64,000 nt of DNA. Origin: Xylographa opegraphella (lineage: Eukaryota). Each line of letters opens with the position of its first letter. Within the stretch, counting starts at the first letter, position 1. The position numbers and the translations under genes were made by a program. A model generated the notes under the pieces. The model worked only from the letters and a program-made list of their open reading frames with translations. It was not told where the DNA came from and did not search any database. The stretch covers positions 1-64,000 of the forward strand of contig JALDZX010000013.1 in assembly GCA_022813865.1 (NCBI GenBank), in the 5' to 3' direction. Below, piece by piece: positions 26,757 through 39,458 of this stretch.

Positions 26757-27900
26757 ATGAAGCTCAATCTGGCTTTACTCTCCATTATGGCGGGTCTGTC
26801 ATCCACGATTCATGCTCAGATGACCACACGTACGTCTCAAGTCCTAGTATTGCTTTGACACACTATTCTGACCATCCTACGCAGCCGTACCCATCGACAG
26901 GCTGGATAAGAATGACTCGGTAAGACATAACAATATCAAAAGCCGTGCCTTCCTTCTAATCCTTGCCAGCTGCTTGTCATCCTCGACCTCCAAGTGGGCC
27001 TCTACGATCTAGTCCGCGACTTTGACCCTACAGTATATCGCAACAACATCATCGCACATTCAGCCATTGGGAAGCTGTTCGATCTGCCAGTCGTGATGAC
27101 TACTTCCGCTCAGCAAGGTATGTTACATTGCAGAACCCTCGCCGCTTGGCACATGACTTATGGTAGATGGACATTGGTTTCTAATTCGCCACACTCAAGG
27201 ACCGAATGGACCTCTACCTAAGGAGATTCTCGAGATGTATCCCCATGCTCCACTCATCATGCGCCAAGGCGAAGGTAAGTGTCCCTGACCTACACCGACC
27301 ATCTCTGTAACTGACTCCCCCCTAGTTGACGCATGGGACAATTCCGACTTCCAAGCCGCCGTTCGAGCAGCCAACAAAAGCCAGATCATCCTCGCCGGCA
27401 TCGTGACCGACGTCTGTGCGTCAATCCCAGCTCTCCTTATATCCACGATTGAACACGTCCACTTCCATCCTCCCAATCCCCCATCCTATCCCACCCAAGC
27501 ACTAACCCCACCACAGGCACCACATTCGCCGCCCTCTCCCTCCGCGCCTCGGGCTACTCCGTATGGGCCAACGTCGAAGCCAGCGGCACGACGAGCGCCC
27601 TCGTCGCCGGCGCCGCGAACCGGCGCATGCAGCAAGCGGGCGTGAACCTCGCCAGCCTGTTCTCCATCGTGTGCGACCTGATGCGCGACTGGCGGGACAC
27701 TCCCGGCTCGGCGCAGGTGCTGCCGTGGCTGGATCAGTGAGTCCTTACTGCGTTTGGGCGTTAGTGTAGTGGGTGTGCTGACTGCTGGGGTTTCGTTGTG
27801 TTTTAGGTATTTTCCGGTTTATGGCTTTGTGGCTAGGGGGCATGGGACGGCGGTGGAGAATGGGACGCTGGTTCCGGGGGAGGAGCAGTTGCTTGGTTGA
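26757..27900 (+). CDS. Isochorismatase-family (YcaC-like) cysteine hydrolase with signal peptide, many short exons
   Basis: MKLNLALLSIMAGLSSTIHA signal; LVILDLQVGL (Asp), GPNGPLPKEI, RQGEVDAWDN, AGIVTDVC (Cys), ANVEASGT, CDLMRDWR; TATA-like TATAAA at about 26716. Confidence 0.85.
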
Positions 27901-29461
27901 GGGGAGGGGGGGGGGAGGTGAGGGCGGTGGTGGGGTGGGAGGGGGGGTTTAAGGAGCTGTTGGTGGTGCATTCGAGGTGATATCAGTCGGGTAGAAAGTT
28001 GGCTTGCTTGAGCAAGGATACGGGTTTGATAGCATTATAACAATAAAAGCACTTCGTTCTGCGAAACATGCACCGCAACGTCGACTGTAAAGGGTATGTA
28101 GCTCTGAATAGAAATCACGATACTAAAAACTATATAATAGATTCAGCACGGCCGCGCCGTCATTCGTGAATGTTATGGTCTGTTCGTGATGTAAGTTAGA
28201 GGGCATTGCTTTTGCGCAACTGGAGCATCCAGAGTCCCTAAAAGAATTTTCAAATCCCAGCCGCAACAAATTCCTGATCAAGCCACTTCCGACTTTACTT
28301 CCACTTCCACCTCAACTCGGCCAAGGGGCTCACCGAATAATTCTGATCAATTTATTGCCTGAGCAGAAGTCATACCTCAAACTCACGAGCACCTCCTTCG
28401 CCTCGTCGAGCTCATGCTCACACAGAAATCAGAAAACGCGTAGCTAAAGACATTATACTCGTTCAGCTGCCGCGAGTCCATCCCTTCAGCGATGACGATT
28501 CACTCAATATGGTATGGTTGAATCGCAGGTGGTAGTACCCTGCAGCGATGTTCGCGGTATTGCTGATAGCACCAAAACTCCCAGAATACACGATTGCTGA
28601 TGGCGGCAATCCACCTTACTGCAACGCAGTGATCATGGCGGTAGTAGTGAGGATAGACAAGATTGTGGAAAGAACCACTCAGGCCAACTACTAGCATACA
28701 AGACCCGTGCTCCGAATTCTTGAAGTCCAAGGCGAGACCTCCAGTTGACCTAAAGCAGACATCTCTGTTTATAAAGGTGTTTGCAGATGATCGTTCGGCG
28801 GGAGCGGCCCTGTCATCGACGGTTCGAAAGGACATCGAAGGCTTTCCTATGAAGGAAGGGCAGCGCGTTGGGTTCGAGTCATCTGCAGGACAACGGCTTG
28901 ATACCGGGAACCACAACAGTGATAAGTGTTGTACATGATGGCAGTCGGACTGACTCATCCGTTGACTTCAGAGGAAGAGTGTTCGTGCATACTATACCGC
29001 TGCATGGCACTCGCAGCCACCAAGTATGAGCTCTTATCTTATTTACCCAAGTCCCGCTCGCCATATCGCAGTTGGCATTGTTGTTAAGGAAAAGTGGATG
29101 GAAGGAGAATTGACTGTTGAGATGAGCAGAACATAGGTAATGATTAAAATTTAATCACTCGATATAAAACAGCCAAAAAGCGAAGCAAATGACGGATATA
29201 TAGTTGCAACGACAATATGAACTGTTAAAGAAATTTTCGAAAGCTATTTGGTGATGGTAGTTGTGCTGTAGTACTGAAATTCAGATTCGTTCTATGAATC
29301 AGATCGAAAGCGCCGTAGCACAAAGTATCCTCGGGTCCAGGCTGCACAACTCGAAAATATCAGCTTCATGGGTTTCGATTTCGTGAGTCGCACTTCACTA
29401 TATCAGTAAGTCACAAGCTGTTGCTGGCTGCTCGCTCGTCTACAATAAACTCTGTGGTTTC

Positions 29462-30895
29462 TCAGATCAATCTGCTCGAACTGTTTGTTCTGGCCTTCGG
29501 GTAAGTGGTCGGCAATCCCGGTAAAGGTTTCCGATATCTGCTGGTAAGAGATATACATCCTTGACATTGATTCGCGGTTGGTTGTTTCCGTAGAAATAAC
29601 CATCCCGTGGCCAGTGTGAAAATATTCCAGATTGCCTGCAGGAATACAAGGTCTGCGACCAAGACTGCCAGAAAAAGACTGCCGCCAGGCTTCAGCTGTG
29701 GAATCTGGCAGATATAGTTCGCGGTGATGACACTAGGGATTACCCCCAAAGGACCGGTAGTCGTCCCGAGGGTGTCATAATCCTGCAAAGCTGGCCCTGG
29801 GGCCGCGTTGGCAATATGCTGCAACGCACGAGAGAAATTCGACGTGAAGTACTGCAAGGTATCGCTGTTGGTCAATATGTTCGGCATGGACGAGACCTGG
29901 CCAAGATCTATTAGTATTGTCGAATAAGTTGACTTGACCAGGCTATCGGCTTGAATCCAGATATTTGGATATGCATTGATGCCGTTAAGATTGGCAACGC
30001 TAAAAGACTGATTGTAAAGACCAGGATGAATAATGTCAAAATTGCCTAGGCCTTGATCAACTATGAATCGGTAGTCGACCTCGAAGAAATCTAAATCAGT
30101 AATATCGGATAGTAGATTGTTGTTCCGCGTAAAGGAAATGGTACCCTTCCTTATGCCAGCCATACCAGAAGCGGTTACATTAAGCCGAATATCTTGCATG
30201 GACCTTGTCAGATACGCCCAATACATAGACATCAATGATTCTCCCCAGTAAAGACTTGCCCGATTCTCCACATCCCGGCTCAAGAAGTTGGTTCCGAGAA
30301 AGCGGTAGACTTTTGAGAAAGCGACGGTATCGGGAACATAATCATACGTCGTGGTGAGGTTGAAGCGCGTCTGCCCTGTTGCAGCTTCGATGGTACACGA
30401 CATGTATGCACGAACACTAGCTCCCCATTCGGAATACGCCAGCTGATTCGCAGATCTATCCAAGGCCTCGAGGTCCACCTGGATTGAGTTGACCGCGCAT
30501 TGCTCGATGATATTATTGAAGTATGTCAGTGAGGGTAAAATAGTTCGGTTGCCAGCGCCTGTAGACGCCTGCCAAACGTCTGTCAGCGTATATGTCAAGG
30601 CCGTCTGGTTCGTAAACAACGGAGTGTTGACATATATATCCACCGATTGGCAACTTGGCTTGACCTTGCTCGTGAGAAAAGACGGCCAATTTTTAAACCA
30701 AATGCCTTTCGAGATAGTTGTGTTGGGGTCGGAGGAGGTCTGCACGACTAAATCGTATCCATTGGACACGAAGTTGAGGAAGGAAAAGAGCACGGTAGCC
30801 ACTAAAAAGCCGGCTAGCACGACCGGTGTGAGCCACTTGAACGGGTACGGCCTGCTGATACCATAACTGAATATCGACTCATGGGCGGATGCCAT
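29462..30895 (-). CDS. Uncharacterised membrane glycoprotein: two TM helices flanking a large extracellular domain
   Basis: Single long ORF from ATG 30895; hydrophobic WLTPVVLAGFLVATVLFSFLNFV and LFLAVLVADLVFLQAIWNIFTLATGWLFL; several N-x-S/T sequons; C-terminal CQGC. Confidence 0.75.
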   Translation of the reverse strand: MASAHESIFSYGISRPYPFKWLTPVVLAGFLVATVLFSFLNFVSNGYDLVVQTSSDPNTTISKGIWFKNWPSFLTSKVKPSCQSVDIYVNTPLFTNQTALTYTLTDVWQASTGAGNRTILPSLTYFNNIIEQCAVNSIQVDLEALDRSANQLAYSEWGASVRAYMSCTIEAATGQTRFNLTTTYDYVPDTVAFSKVYRFLGTNFLSRDVENRASLYWGESLMSMYWAYLTRSMQDIRLNVTASGMAGIRKGTISFTRNNNLLSDITDLDFFEVDYRFIVDQGLGNFDIIHPGLYNQSFSVANLNGINAYPNIWIQADSLVKSTYSTILIDLGQVSSMPNILTNSDTLQYFTSNFSRALQHIANAAPGPALQDYDTLGTTTGPLGVIPSVITANYICQIPQLKPGGSLFLAVLVADLVFLQAIWNIFTLATGWLFLRKQPTANQCQGCISLTSRYRKPLPGLPTTYPKARTNSSSRLI

Positions 30896-31428
30896 ATTAT
30901 GGACGTCCTGCGGATGGTGAGACTGTGTTACCAAGATTATATATACTCGACGGATGCACGATACAGTAGGAGAAGTATCACCTACCTACATACAAGATAC
31001 CATGAGACACTCATTGTCCTCCTTCAGCGCGGCAGCCCCCTCAATGCCGCACAGATGTCCCGATCCCTTGTATATTTGATTCAGAATACTGCACATATAT
31101 TTGAGCGCTTGGAACGGAGTCCGCTAACAGTAAAGGAAAGTACTACGTAATTAGCGCGGCGCTCAGGGACGGGAGGAAACGGCCGGTACCGGTGCCGAGC
31201 CGGTTTCATTGGACCATCCTACCTTAGACTAGCTTAGTGGTAGTCCCTCGGTTACGTACGGTACCTTACCTTACGCGACTCACGCGGGAGCACAATGAGA
31301 TTCATCGGTTTGTATCAAACACTGGGGCTGCGAAGAACGATCATCGAAAACTCATAGCATGTTACATTCTCTTATACACACTGACAGTCCGCAAGCTGAA
31401 TGCAGCTGCTGACCTCCTATTCTATACA

Positions 31429-33008
31429 TCAGGAAGTCTGTTCAGCCCCTCCTCCGGTGTCTGTGACTTTTGTCAACGAAACACCACACTCCGAATATTG
31501 CATTTCCAAAAAAGCCTTCCCTTTCAAGTCCCCCGTTGCTTCTATCTTCCACTCGCTGAGTACACCTACAATAGCCTCAGTGAGCATCATCATGGAGATC
31601 TCTTTGCCAATACACCCCCTGGATCCCTTGCTAAAGACGACAAACTTGTCATCGAGCTCTTTCCTCTCCCTCTCAGTTACCAGCCAACGCTCCGGTTTCC
31701 ACTCTTCGGCATCGTCACCCCAGATGTCCTTCGAGTGTCCGAGTATGTAAGTGTTTGCTGAGACGAGAGTTCCCACCGGAAGTGGAGCTGGCAGATCCGG
31801 GATTGCATTCTCGGCGCCATGGGTAATATTTCGAGGAAACGCGGTGGAGAATGGAGCGTTGAGCCGCATCGTTTCTTTGATGACCGCAGTCAGCACCAAG
31901 GCGGAATGTGATACTGCGGCGTGAGAGTTTGACTCCGCTCGAATTCGACTTTGCCATGGGCTACCATGCTCAGTGCCTAATTGATACAGTATGGTGGTCA
32001 ATGCCGCGGCCGTACTCCCCGGCCCTGCGAAGGTAAGATTGAAGCATTCACGCCACATTTCATCTGGGAGCATATGCTTGCTGTCGTCCGTAGGAACCTG
32101 AAGGTAGTTCTTCGCAATACTCGACTGACTTGAATCCAGTGTCTTCTCCGGCTGCGTAAGTAGAACATCACGAGTACGATTTACGAATGCTGAGAGGCCA
32201 ACAAGATTGCCTTTTGCGTCTTTGGTGGGACGTCTTGTCAAAGCAACCATTGGTCGCGTTGACATCAGCCAGCCGAGCCATGGGACCATAGATGAAGCCC
32301 AAGCGTACTTTGACATACCCTTGAAGGCTTCTAGGAGATTGTCGGCTTCTCTGATGCTTGTGTACGGTTGGGAACTCAACGACTCGCCATAGATGACTTC
32401 GACGATGGTGTCAAATGTGAAGGAATGAATAATCGCGGCAATATTGATGATCGAACCCGCCGTAGCAGAAGCTTGCGCCCTGGCCAGCTTTGAAAGAAAG
32501 ACAGAAACATGTTTTGAAATGACTGGCTCATAATTGGCAATTTTTGCCGTCGTCAAAGCAGGCCCGACAGCTTTCAGTCTACGTACACGATGGTCGGCCT
32601 CACTTCGAGCGCTGAAAATGCTCCCGCCCCCACTGCGAGCGTCGCGGCCGAAGTCATAAAAATCACCTTTTTCAATGACCTTGTTGAAACCATAGATGGC
32701 CTCAAACCCCGATAGACTCGAGATGGACAGGCTGGTAGGACCGGTGCGAATGACATTGCCATATCTCTGGTGGAGCTTTTGCTCGATTAGATGGTGTTCA
32801 CCACTGAGAAAAGCAGAAAACTTCCTGAATTTCGTGTAAGAATGGACAGTATATGATAGGATCTGATATGATCCTCCTACCATAGGTTGGTGATATGTGC
32901 CAGTAAGGGGCCGGGGTATCGCGAGAGTGGATGGAAATAAAAGAGATAAATCCAGCGTGCTACCGCGGCTCCGACGAGGCACTCAATACCGACGATAATT
33001 GTCGACAT
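31429..33008 (-). CDS. Cytochrome P450 (2 exons)
   Basis: Spliced N-terminus MSTIIVG...FHPLSRYPGPLLAHITNLW|KF; KETMRL (ExxR), KPERW, heme motif FSKGSRGCIG; I-helix FAGPGSTA. Confidence 0.92.
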
Positions 33009-34155
33009 TATGATCAAGTCACGGGCTGTCGCCAGACTTTAGATAGATGTCTCTTCCCGCTGCTATCGAGCTCGATAGTATTGCCAGCGATCGACAAAAC
33101 GTGGGAGTGGTGCTTGACAGATGATCACAAAATCAGGAATGATGATTTTAGCGCAGGAATAACCTACATAAGACCGTTTCAGCTCCTGCAGCTCACTCCA
33201 GGTGTGGTTACACCGCAAGGACTGACAGCGGGCCCGCATCAGAGTCACGTAATCTGCAAGTAAGCGCTCGCACCAGCAAATCATATAGCAGGCAGAGTGA
33301 AGATCGTATGAGTAAGGTAAGCTGACCGGCGAGGCCCGCACGGCTGAGATGAGGAAGGCGCATTTCCCCTAGCGCCTTTCGCTTCGTAAACAACCCGCAG
33401 CGCCTCGTCTGCGGCTTTACATCTACTGGACATCTTTGCGCACATATTCGCGCACGTAGTTGCGCCTGTATTTGCGACTGAACTAGTCTACTATCTGACT
33501 TACTGAGGGGTCCAAGCCATTGAGACAGCGTGAAAAAGTTCCTAGGCTTGGGGTAAGTGGACAGAGAACTCGACATTACGATGATGACCGCTAATTGGCA
33601 AAAAGCCTCCAGTTGAATGTAATTGATTGGTCAAGTCCCATGCCTATCAAGCAACTCAGTGGCCAGGATTGAGCACCACACCACCCAATGATCATCGGGT
33701 GGTTATCAAAATCCTTCGGCCGAGGATCTTTCCTTGTTCTTGTCACGCGCGGGATTGGTTACGCCCGAGCTTGGTCCGAGCCCGCGCTAAGCGACGACAG
33801 CCATTCCAAATAATCCCCCGAACTTTACCATCTCATTGGTACTTCCATGCATACCTCCACTTCCTCTGATGCAAGCTCGTTCCTCTGATAGTCCCTTGGG
33901 ATGTCCGTGCCTCTTGAATAATCGGAGAATTGACAAGTTAGGCATGTCCATCGCTGTGCGCCTTTGAGCGGGGTGGTGTAGCTCTTGAGGCCGGTTGTAC
34001 ATTATAATCCTGCCTTCGGTCTTCTGCATCTCCGCGATACTCGTGATCACCCATGCCCGGATCATAGTATTCTATACTCGAATTTCATACAGAGTTCATT
34101 TTTGTCTGCGTGGTCTGCCCGTTTTTAGGGACTTTGTTCCGAGATAATCGCCAGT

Positions 34156-35433
34156 ATGACGGACGTGGGTCAGAAAATCACCGATGCTGGCTTCATGGTA
34201 ATGCTGGTTGCAATTGGCATTGGAAGTACTTGATACTGAGACCTGAATAGATTGCAAGCTCAGTCACGCTCGGAATCGCCATCATCCTATCAGTGGCTCG
34301 GATGTACATCAAAGTCAACAAGTTCCACCGTCTATACTCGGATGACTGGTTCTTCCTTGGTGCCGTTTGCTTCTTGATCGCCGGTACTACCATGGTCTTC
34401 CTGACGTTACCCTACAACCAAACGGAGGTCAACGTCGGAGCCGGCGTGGAAGCTCCACCTCCAGACCTCACGCATCAGCTTGATTTCGACGTCAAATTCC
34501 AGGACTCGGCATCTCTTCTCCTCAATGCTTCCATTTTCAGCGTCAAGTTCTCGTTTTTGCTCTTCTTCCGGCGTCTGCTCGAACGCACGGGGAAGCTACA
34601 GCAATACTGGTGGTTCGCCTTCATCATTACTATCCCTTGCGCCGTAGTCTGTATGTGCACAGAGTTCATAGTATGTCCAGCATTTGGGGACAGGATAATG
34701 GGTAAGTCACACCGCTTGAGCAAGGACTTGAACATAACTTGATGCCGTGTTCTATCAATAGAGACCTGTGTATCACCTACTGCTATCAAAAGGCAGGTGG
34801 CCATTCTATACACAGTCGTTGTACTGGACATATTCACCGATCTCTTGGGTGAGTGTTCCCCTACATACTGTTGGCTCGGCCTACTGACTATGCCAAGTAA
34901 TATCTATCCCGGTTCTCCTTCTCTGGAACGTCAAGGTCAACATTCGCCGCAAGATCGGCCTCGGCTGCCTTCTGTGTCTCAGCATCTTTGCCATCATCAC
35001 AAACATCATCCGGGCAGCGGGCCACAAACTCGACAACGGACAGAGCGACGTTGTCTGGATCCTGTTCTGGGGCGAGATGGAGGCTTGTATCGCGGTGATG
35101 GCGAACTCCATGACCGCGTTCCGCTCCCTCTTCCGCGTCGGGCTTTCCAAGGTCAGGAAGTCGCCGCAAGATCCGAAGAACCAGTCACCATTGGTCGAGT
35201 CGAGCGAGCTGAAGCACAGGCCACACGTCGACCTGCCGACCATGCCAAGGGCCAAGTTGTCGGGCATGAGGTCGTTGCTGTTCCGAGACCCCTTCGAGGA
35301 CGAGGACGAGGACGCCACAGACTCGGAGCGCACGCTGAGGACTTCGCAGTCGTGGAGCGGGTGGTCGACCGAGGGGAATAGCCTGGTGACTCCGAAGCCG
35401 ACGAACCGGGCGGCGTGCTTTCATGAAGTTTGA
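34156..35433 (+). CDS. Second rhodopsin-domain / PTH11-like integral membrane protein (multi-exon)
   Basis: ARMYIK...LYSDDWFFLGA, SVKFSFLLFFRRL, LDIFTDLL|ISIPVLLLWNVKVNIRRKIGL, WGEMEACIAVMA. Confidence 0.83.
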
Positions 35434-38400
35434 GTTCTTGCGGCACGATTGTAGGAATGGTGTGAGCGGAAGGGAATGGGCAGGAAGCGTGTTTTTTTCC
35501 CCCAAACACGTCGTCATGGGATATGGGTGAAGATTAATGAATCTGTTGAGCGCGTATGACGGAGAATGTACATTCGATGATCAATTATATGTATATGTAT
35601 GTATCTACTGTATATACCATATACATACTATCTACTATATCCACATAGACGTCACCAGAATCAGAACCAAGAGCCTTTTAATGTACGATTTTTTCTTCTT
35701 TCTTTTTTTTTTGGTGTGAAACTGGGTTTGTAAATCAAGTCAATCGCATAGCTCAAAACTCTGACAATGCCCCCAATACTCCACAACCCAATATCCATCC
35801 ACCACGCCTTCCCGTGGCGGGTTAGAGATTCAACATTTTTGGTTGGAGATATAGTTCGCCTTTCCCCAGAGTCGCTTGGGCGGGGATAAACAAAGCCTCC
35901 GGGTCTACCCCGCAACTGATGGAAGGGAAGTAGGACTATGATTGGCTCGGCTGTCTTAGTGCACGGGCAGCAAATGGCATGGGGACTTCGCTTAGACCCG
36001 GGCTCGAGAGCTTTTGACACTTCCCGCTAAAGGTAATCTTAGCCGACCCGTTAAATTGGCCGCGCGACCTGGTCAGTCGTTTTGCTGTGCGGTGATCACA
36101 ATCAAGGTGCTGACTTTTTACTATACTATCAACTGTACGGCAGTACTCCGAAGAATGCTTACTACTGTGATTCTGGCATCGGTGTGCTGGGATTTCTGTT
36201 TATTAGTTCGTTGGTAGTGATATTATGATTGGGTGAAGTGGGTTGCTGTCGCGGGGACCTATACTACCTTACCTTATGGGGTACTGCGCTGAGTACTGAG
36301 CGCTTGGGCCTGGTGGTAAACGTTACGGTACTTTGTATCAGACGCGAATATCGCAATGGAGCGGCGATGTATGCGTAGACGCTCATAGGTCGCTGGGCCT
36401 GAGCGAGCTTTTGCGGCCAGTGCGCGCGCTGTGGCAGTGGTGTGTTCGTTGTGGTGGTGGGTATGGGTTGAGAAGAAGGTGTGAATGGAGAGTTGGGTTT
36501 GTTGGTCTTTCGATCGGCTGCCGTAGTTGATATAGGAGTCGAGTATGTCAAGTTTGCAAGACTTCGGGGGGTAGTTGTTGGTAGGGCGTGTTTTGAGCCT
36601 GTCATTGGGGGGAGGTGGGTATGGGATTGTACGGAGAATATGTTGGCGGGAGAAGAGGATATATATCTTACCCTTGTGCTTACTTGTGGCTTACCTGGGG
36701 GTTTCGTTGCTATAGCGGGGGAGCTGGGAGGCCGTGGGTGATTCAGCACCGTATACGGGTTTTTCAACACCTTGTATAGGTAAGTTACGGAAGACGCCAG
36801 GCTCGTGCCCGTTTCCTCATTGTCAAGGAATTCAAAAGGGGGCCGGGGCCGCCATTTTCGGCTCTGGGTACGGATGAACTGCAGCTGTCATTTCTATCTT
36901 TTTTGCTACGACCTCTTTTTGATATATACGTTGCTAGAATTTAAAGTCTCATCATGTCTCAATAGCACTCTATCATCATGGGTCAACAGGGAGTATCAGC
37001 GGAAGAATTAATAGCTCGGATCAAAGCCCATGACTGATGAACAAGGAGCTCATCGAGAGATAGATGGCGCAGGAAAACATAGCAGGGATACGTGGAAAAG
37101 ACACTCGAAGATCAGGTTTGGAGTTTTGGGCCGGAATTCGAAGTAGATGATAATCGACTTCGCTTTAGATGTTCGTCCGCTACTTTGGACGGATGGGTGG
37201 AAGCGAGGGGGGAATATGAATGAAGTCTGGTAGATGAGAGGGGAGATGCTGTCGCTGAGGTGCATAGACTTTAACAAAGCTTCTATCTTCTCTCGCCACA
37301 ATGCAGGACTTCCTTCGCGTTCGAATCGCAACCGGTCACGGCAGAATCGATGAAAAGGAGTCGGATGAACTGCTGAAGTCGGTCAACGAACCACTTGAGA
37401 ACCCTTATTGTTGAATGATTTTTTTTTTATTTCCGAGATATTGGTTCAGCACTGATATACGGTTGACCAGAATATATTGATAATCCAATAATGCTGGTAG
37501 TATCATTGTAGTATCTTCGTTGGCCAATCATGCCCTTCCCTCAAGCATGATGGCCACTTCCTCAAACTAGGCAGACATCCCTTTTGAGATTCACTAGGGA
37601 GAACGGGAGCCTGAGCGAGATTCCGTTGCAGAATTGCACCGACCCCGTGGGTACCGGGCACCCGGCCACCGGCGCAAGGAAAAGATGGGATGCCGATGGC
37701 TATAGCAATGATATCGCCATTCGCGAGGCTAGAAGCACCTGGAACAGGGCTGGGTGTTGGAAACGAAGTTGTCGACGAGAGAAGTACTGGGAATACCCGA
37801 GCCAGGGGTCGAAAGCGCTGTTGTAGCGCTCACGAAGTTGGTAGGGGAAGCAGATATTCAGTCACGCAAAAAGGTGCGGACACAGAGCTTCAGTATCGAT
37901 AGTGCCAATGTTTAGTAATTGGCATTCGTTGCTTGTTGATGTATAGATACTATGACACGCGATGGCAGAAGAACTGGTTCTTTTATCCCTCAGTGCTACT
38001 TTCGAAACGCCTCCTCCATAGCTATTGCAGTAGATGTTGGAATAGGTAGTGTCGATGTAGGTATATAAGAGGTAGGATGGGTTACCAGAATCTTGACTGG
38101 GTACCGTACCTTGTGTCAGTATATCTCGTGGAGCAAGATAGCGACACTATATACCACTCGGTAATATAAGGATCCGCCATGTAAGCGGAGTCGCATGAGA
38201 TCAGAATCGGTCGACGCCATGCATGAGGATGAAATAATACAAACAACTGGTGCCCCGGGCGCGTCGTCCTAGGACAGCAATGCCGCCCCTTTATTCATCT
38301 GGTTCGGAGCCGCAATAATACGAGTTTGCGTTTCCGCCCGGCTACGGCCCTCGATACCAGATGGTAAGTCAACATTGATAGGGTAAGGTATGTGAGATGG

Positions 38401-39458
38401 CAAGTCCAAAAAAGCCGTCTCGGTTGATGCAGGACGCATATTTCCACCGTATTCCCCGGCGGTCGACGAATCTTGCAGTGGCAGATGGAGATGTTGCCTT
38501 TCGTCTTCAGGCTACGCGGTGAATTTCGAGGGCATCCATCTAGTCGGGACCCGGAAGTCTATTCGATATTGCTGTCTGCGGCGGCGACTAATCTGGAGAC
38601 GCAACAGCAGTGACTGGATATGAACAGCAAGTGGTCCAAACCATGGCGAACATACCACGCCCACTTCGAAGAAGATCAACGCCCCTTGAAGCCTGTTTCT
38701 TTCAAGGTCTTTTCCAGCGAAGGAAATGGATTTCTTGTCTGCATGACGACCATCTTTCCCACATGTCTACTTTATACATGGTCTTTTCAAGTAAGTTTCA
38801 ACGAATCGATCAGATAGGTACATAACGATGAATGGGTTCAATCATCTATTCAACTTTGTCTCTTTTGACCCAGATTCCGTACGAGTTGATGACTCAGCCT
38901 TTACGAAGACTTTTGGTAGAATAGTCTAGCCTTGCGCCATCATATATCGTGCCGATCAAATTTCCGCATCGAGCTCTTCCACTAACTCTTCTGCATCTTG
39001 TCAGCCAGCCACCACAACCTTAGCCTCCCGGCCCCGCTCATATGGAACCGTGCCGCTGCCAATAGGAGACTCTGCTAACTGAAGTTGGCATATCGAGCGA
39101 CCATGATGCCGCCAAAAACTGCTATGAGTTGTGGAGACCTGGCCCGCGAAACACGCCACTTGATAAAGGACCCCGCTGAATCAATGTTTCCCAAGTGCAT
39201 CTGGCCGAGTCTGGATTCTTTCTCTACTCCCATATTGGTTACTTCTTTACGCCTGATCTTCGGGATGGCTGGCTGTATGGAGAGCTTCAGCTTGTTGGCA
39301 GGGGAGCCAGCTCTTCATGTTGCAGGTCCTTGCTTTGTTGATAAGCTCTTGCTGCCTCTTCTCAACTTTGAGATATTTCATCCTTCCTTTCGAAAATCTT
39401 GTTAATCTCTATCCCTTCCGCAATTGGATCCTCTGCGAGTGGATCTCTACCTTCCACA

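Noticed and set aside
28500..29064. Short ORFs, including a fragment RPVLRILEV reminiscent of a PKS methyltransferase motif
   Set aside because: Too short, no GxGxG and no supporting context.
35661..37331. Minus-strand ORF fragments with some splice-like signals
   Set aside because: Could not assemble a coherent gene model or recognise a family; may be a relic or non-coding.
38500..39405. ORF fragments upstream of the Ppo-like gene
   Set aside because: No motif and no convincing splice link to the dioxygenase.
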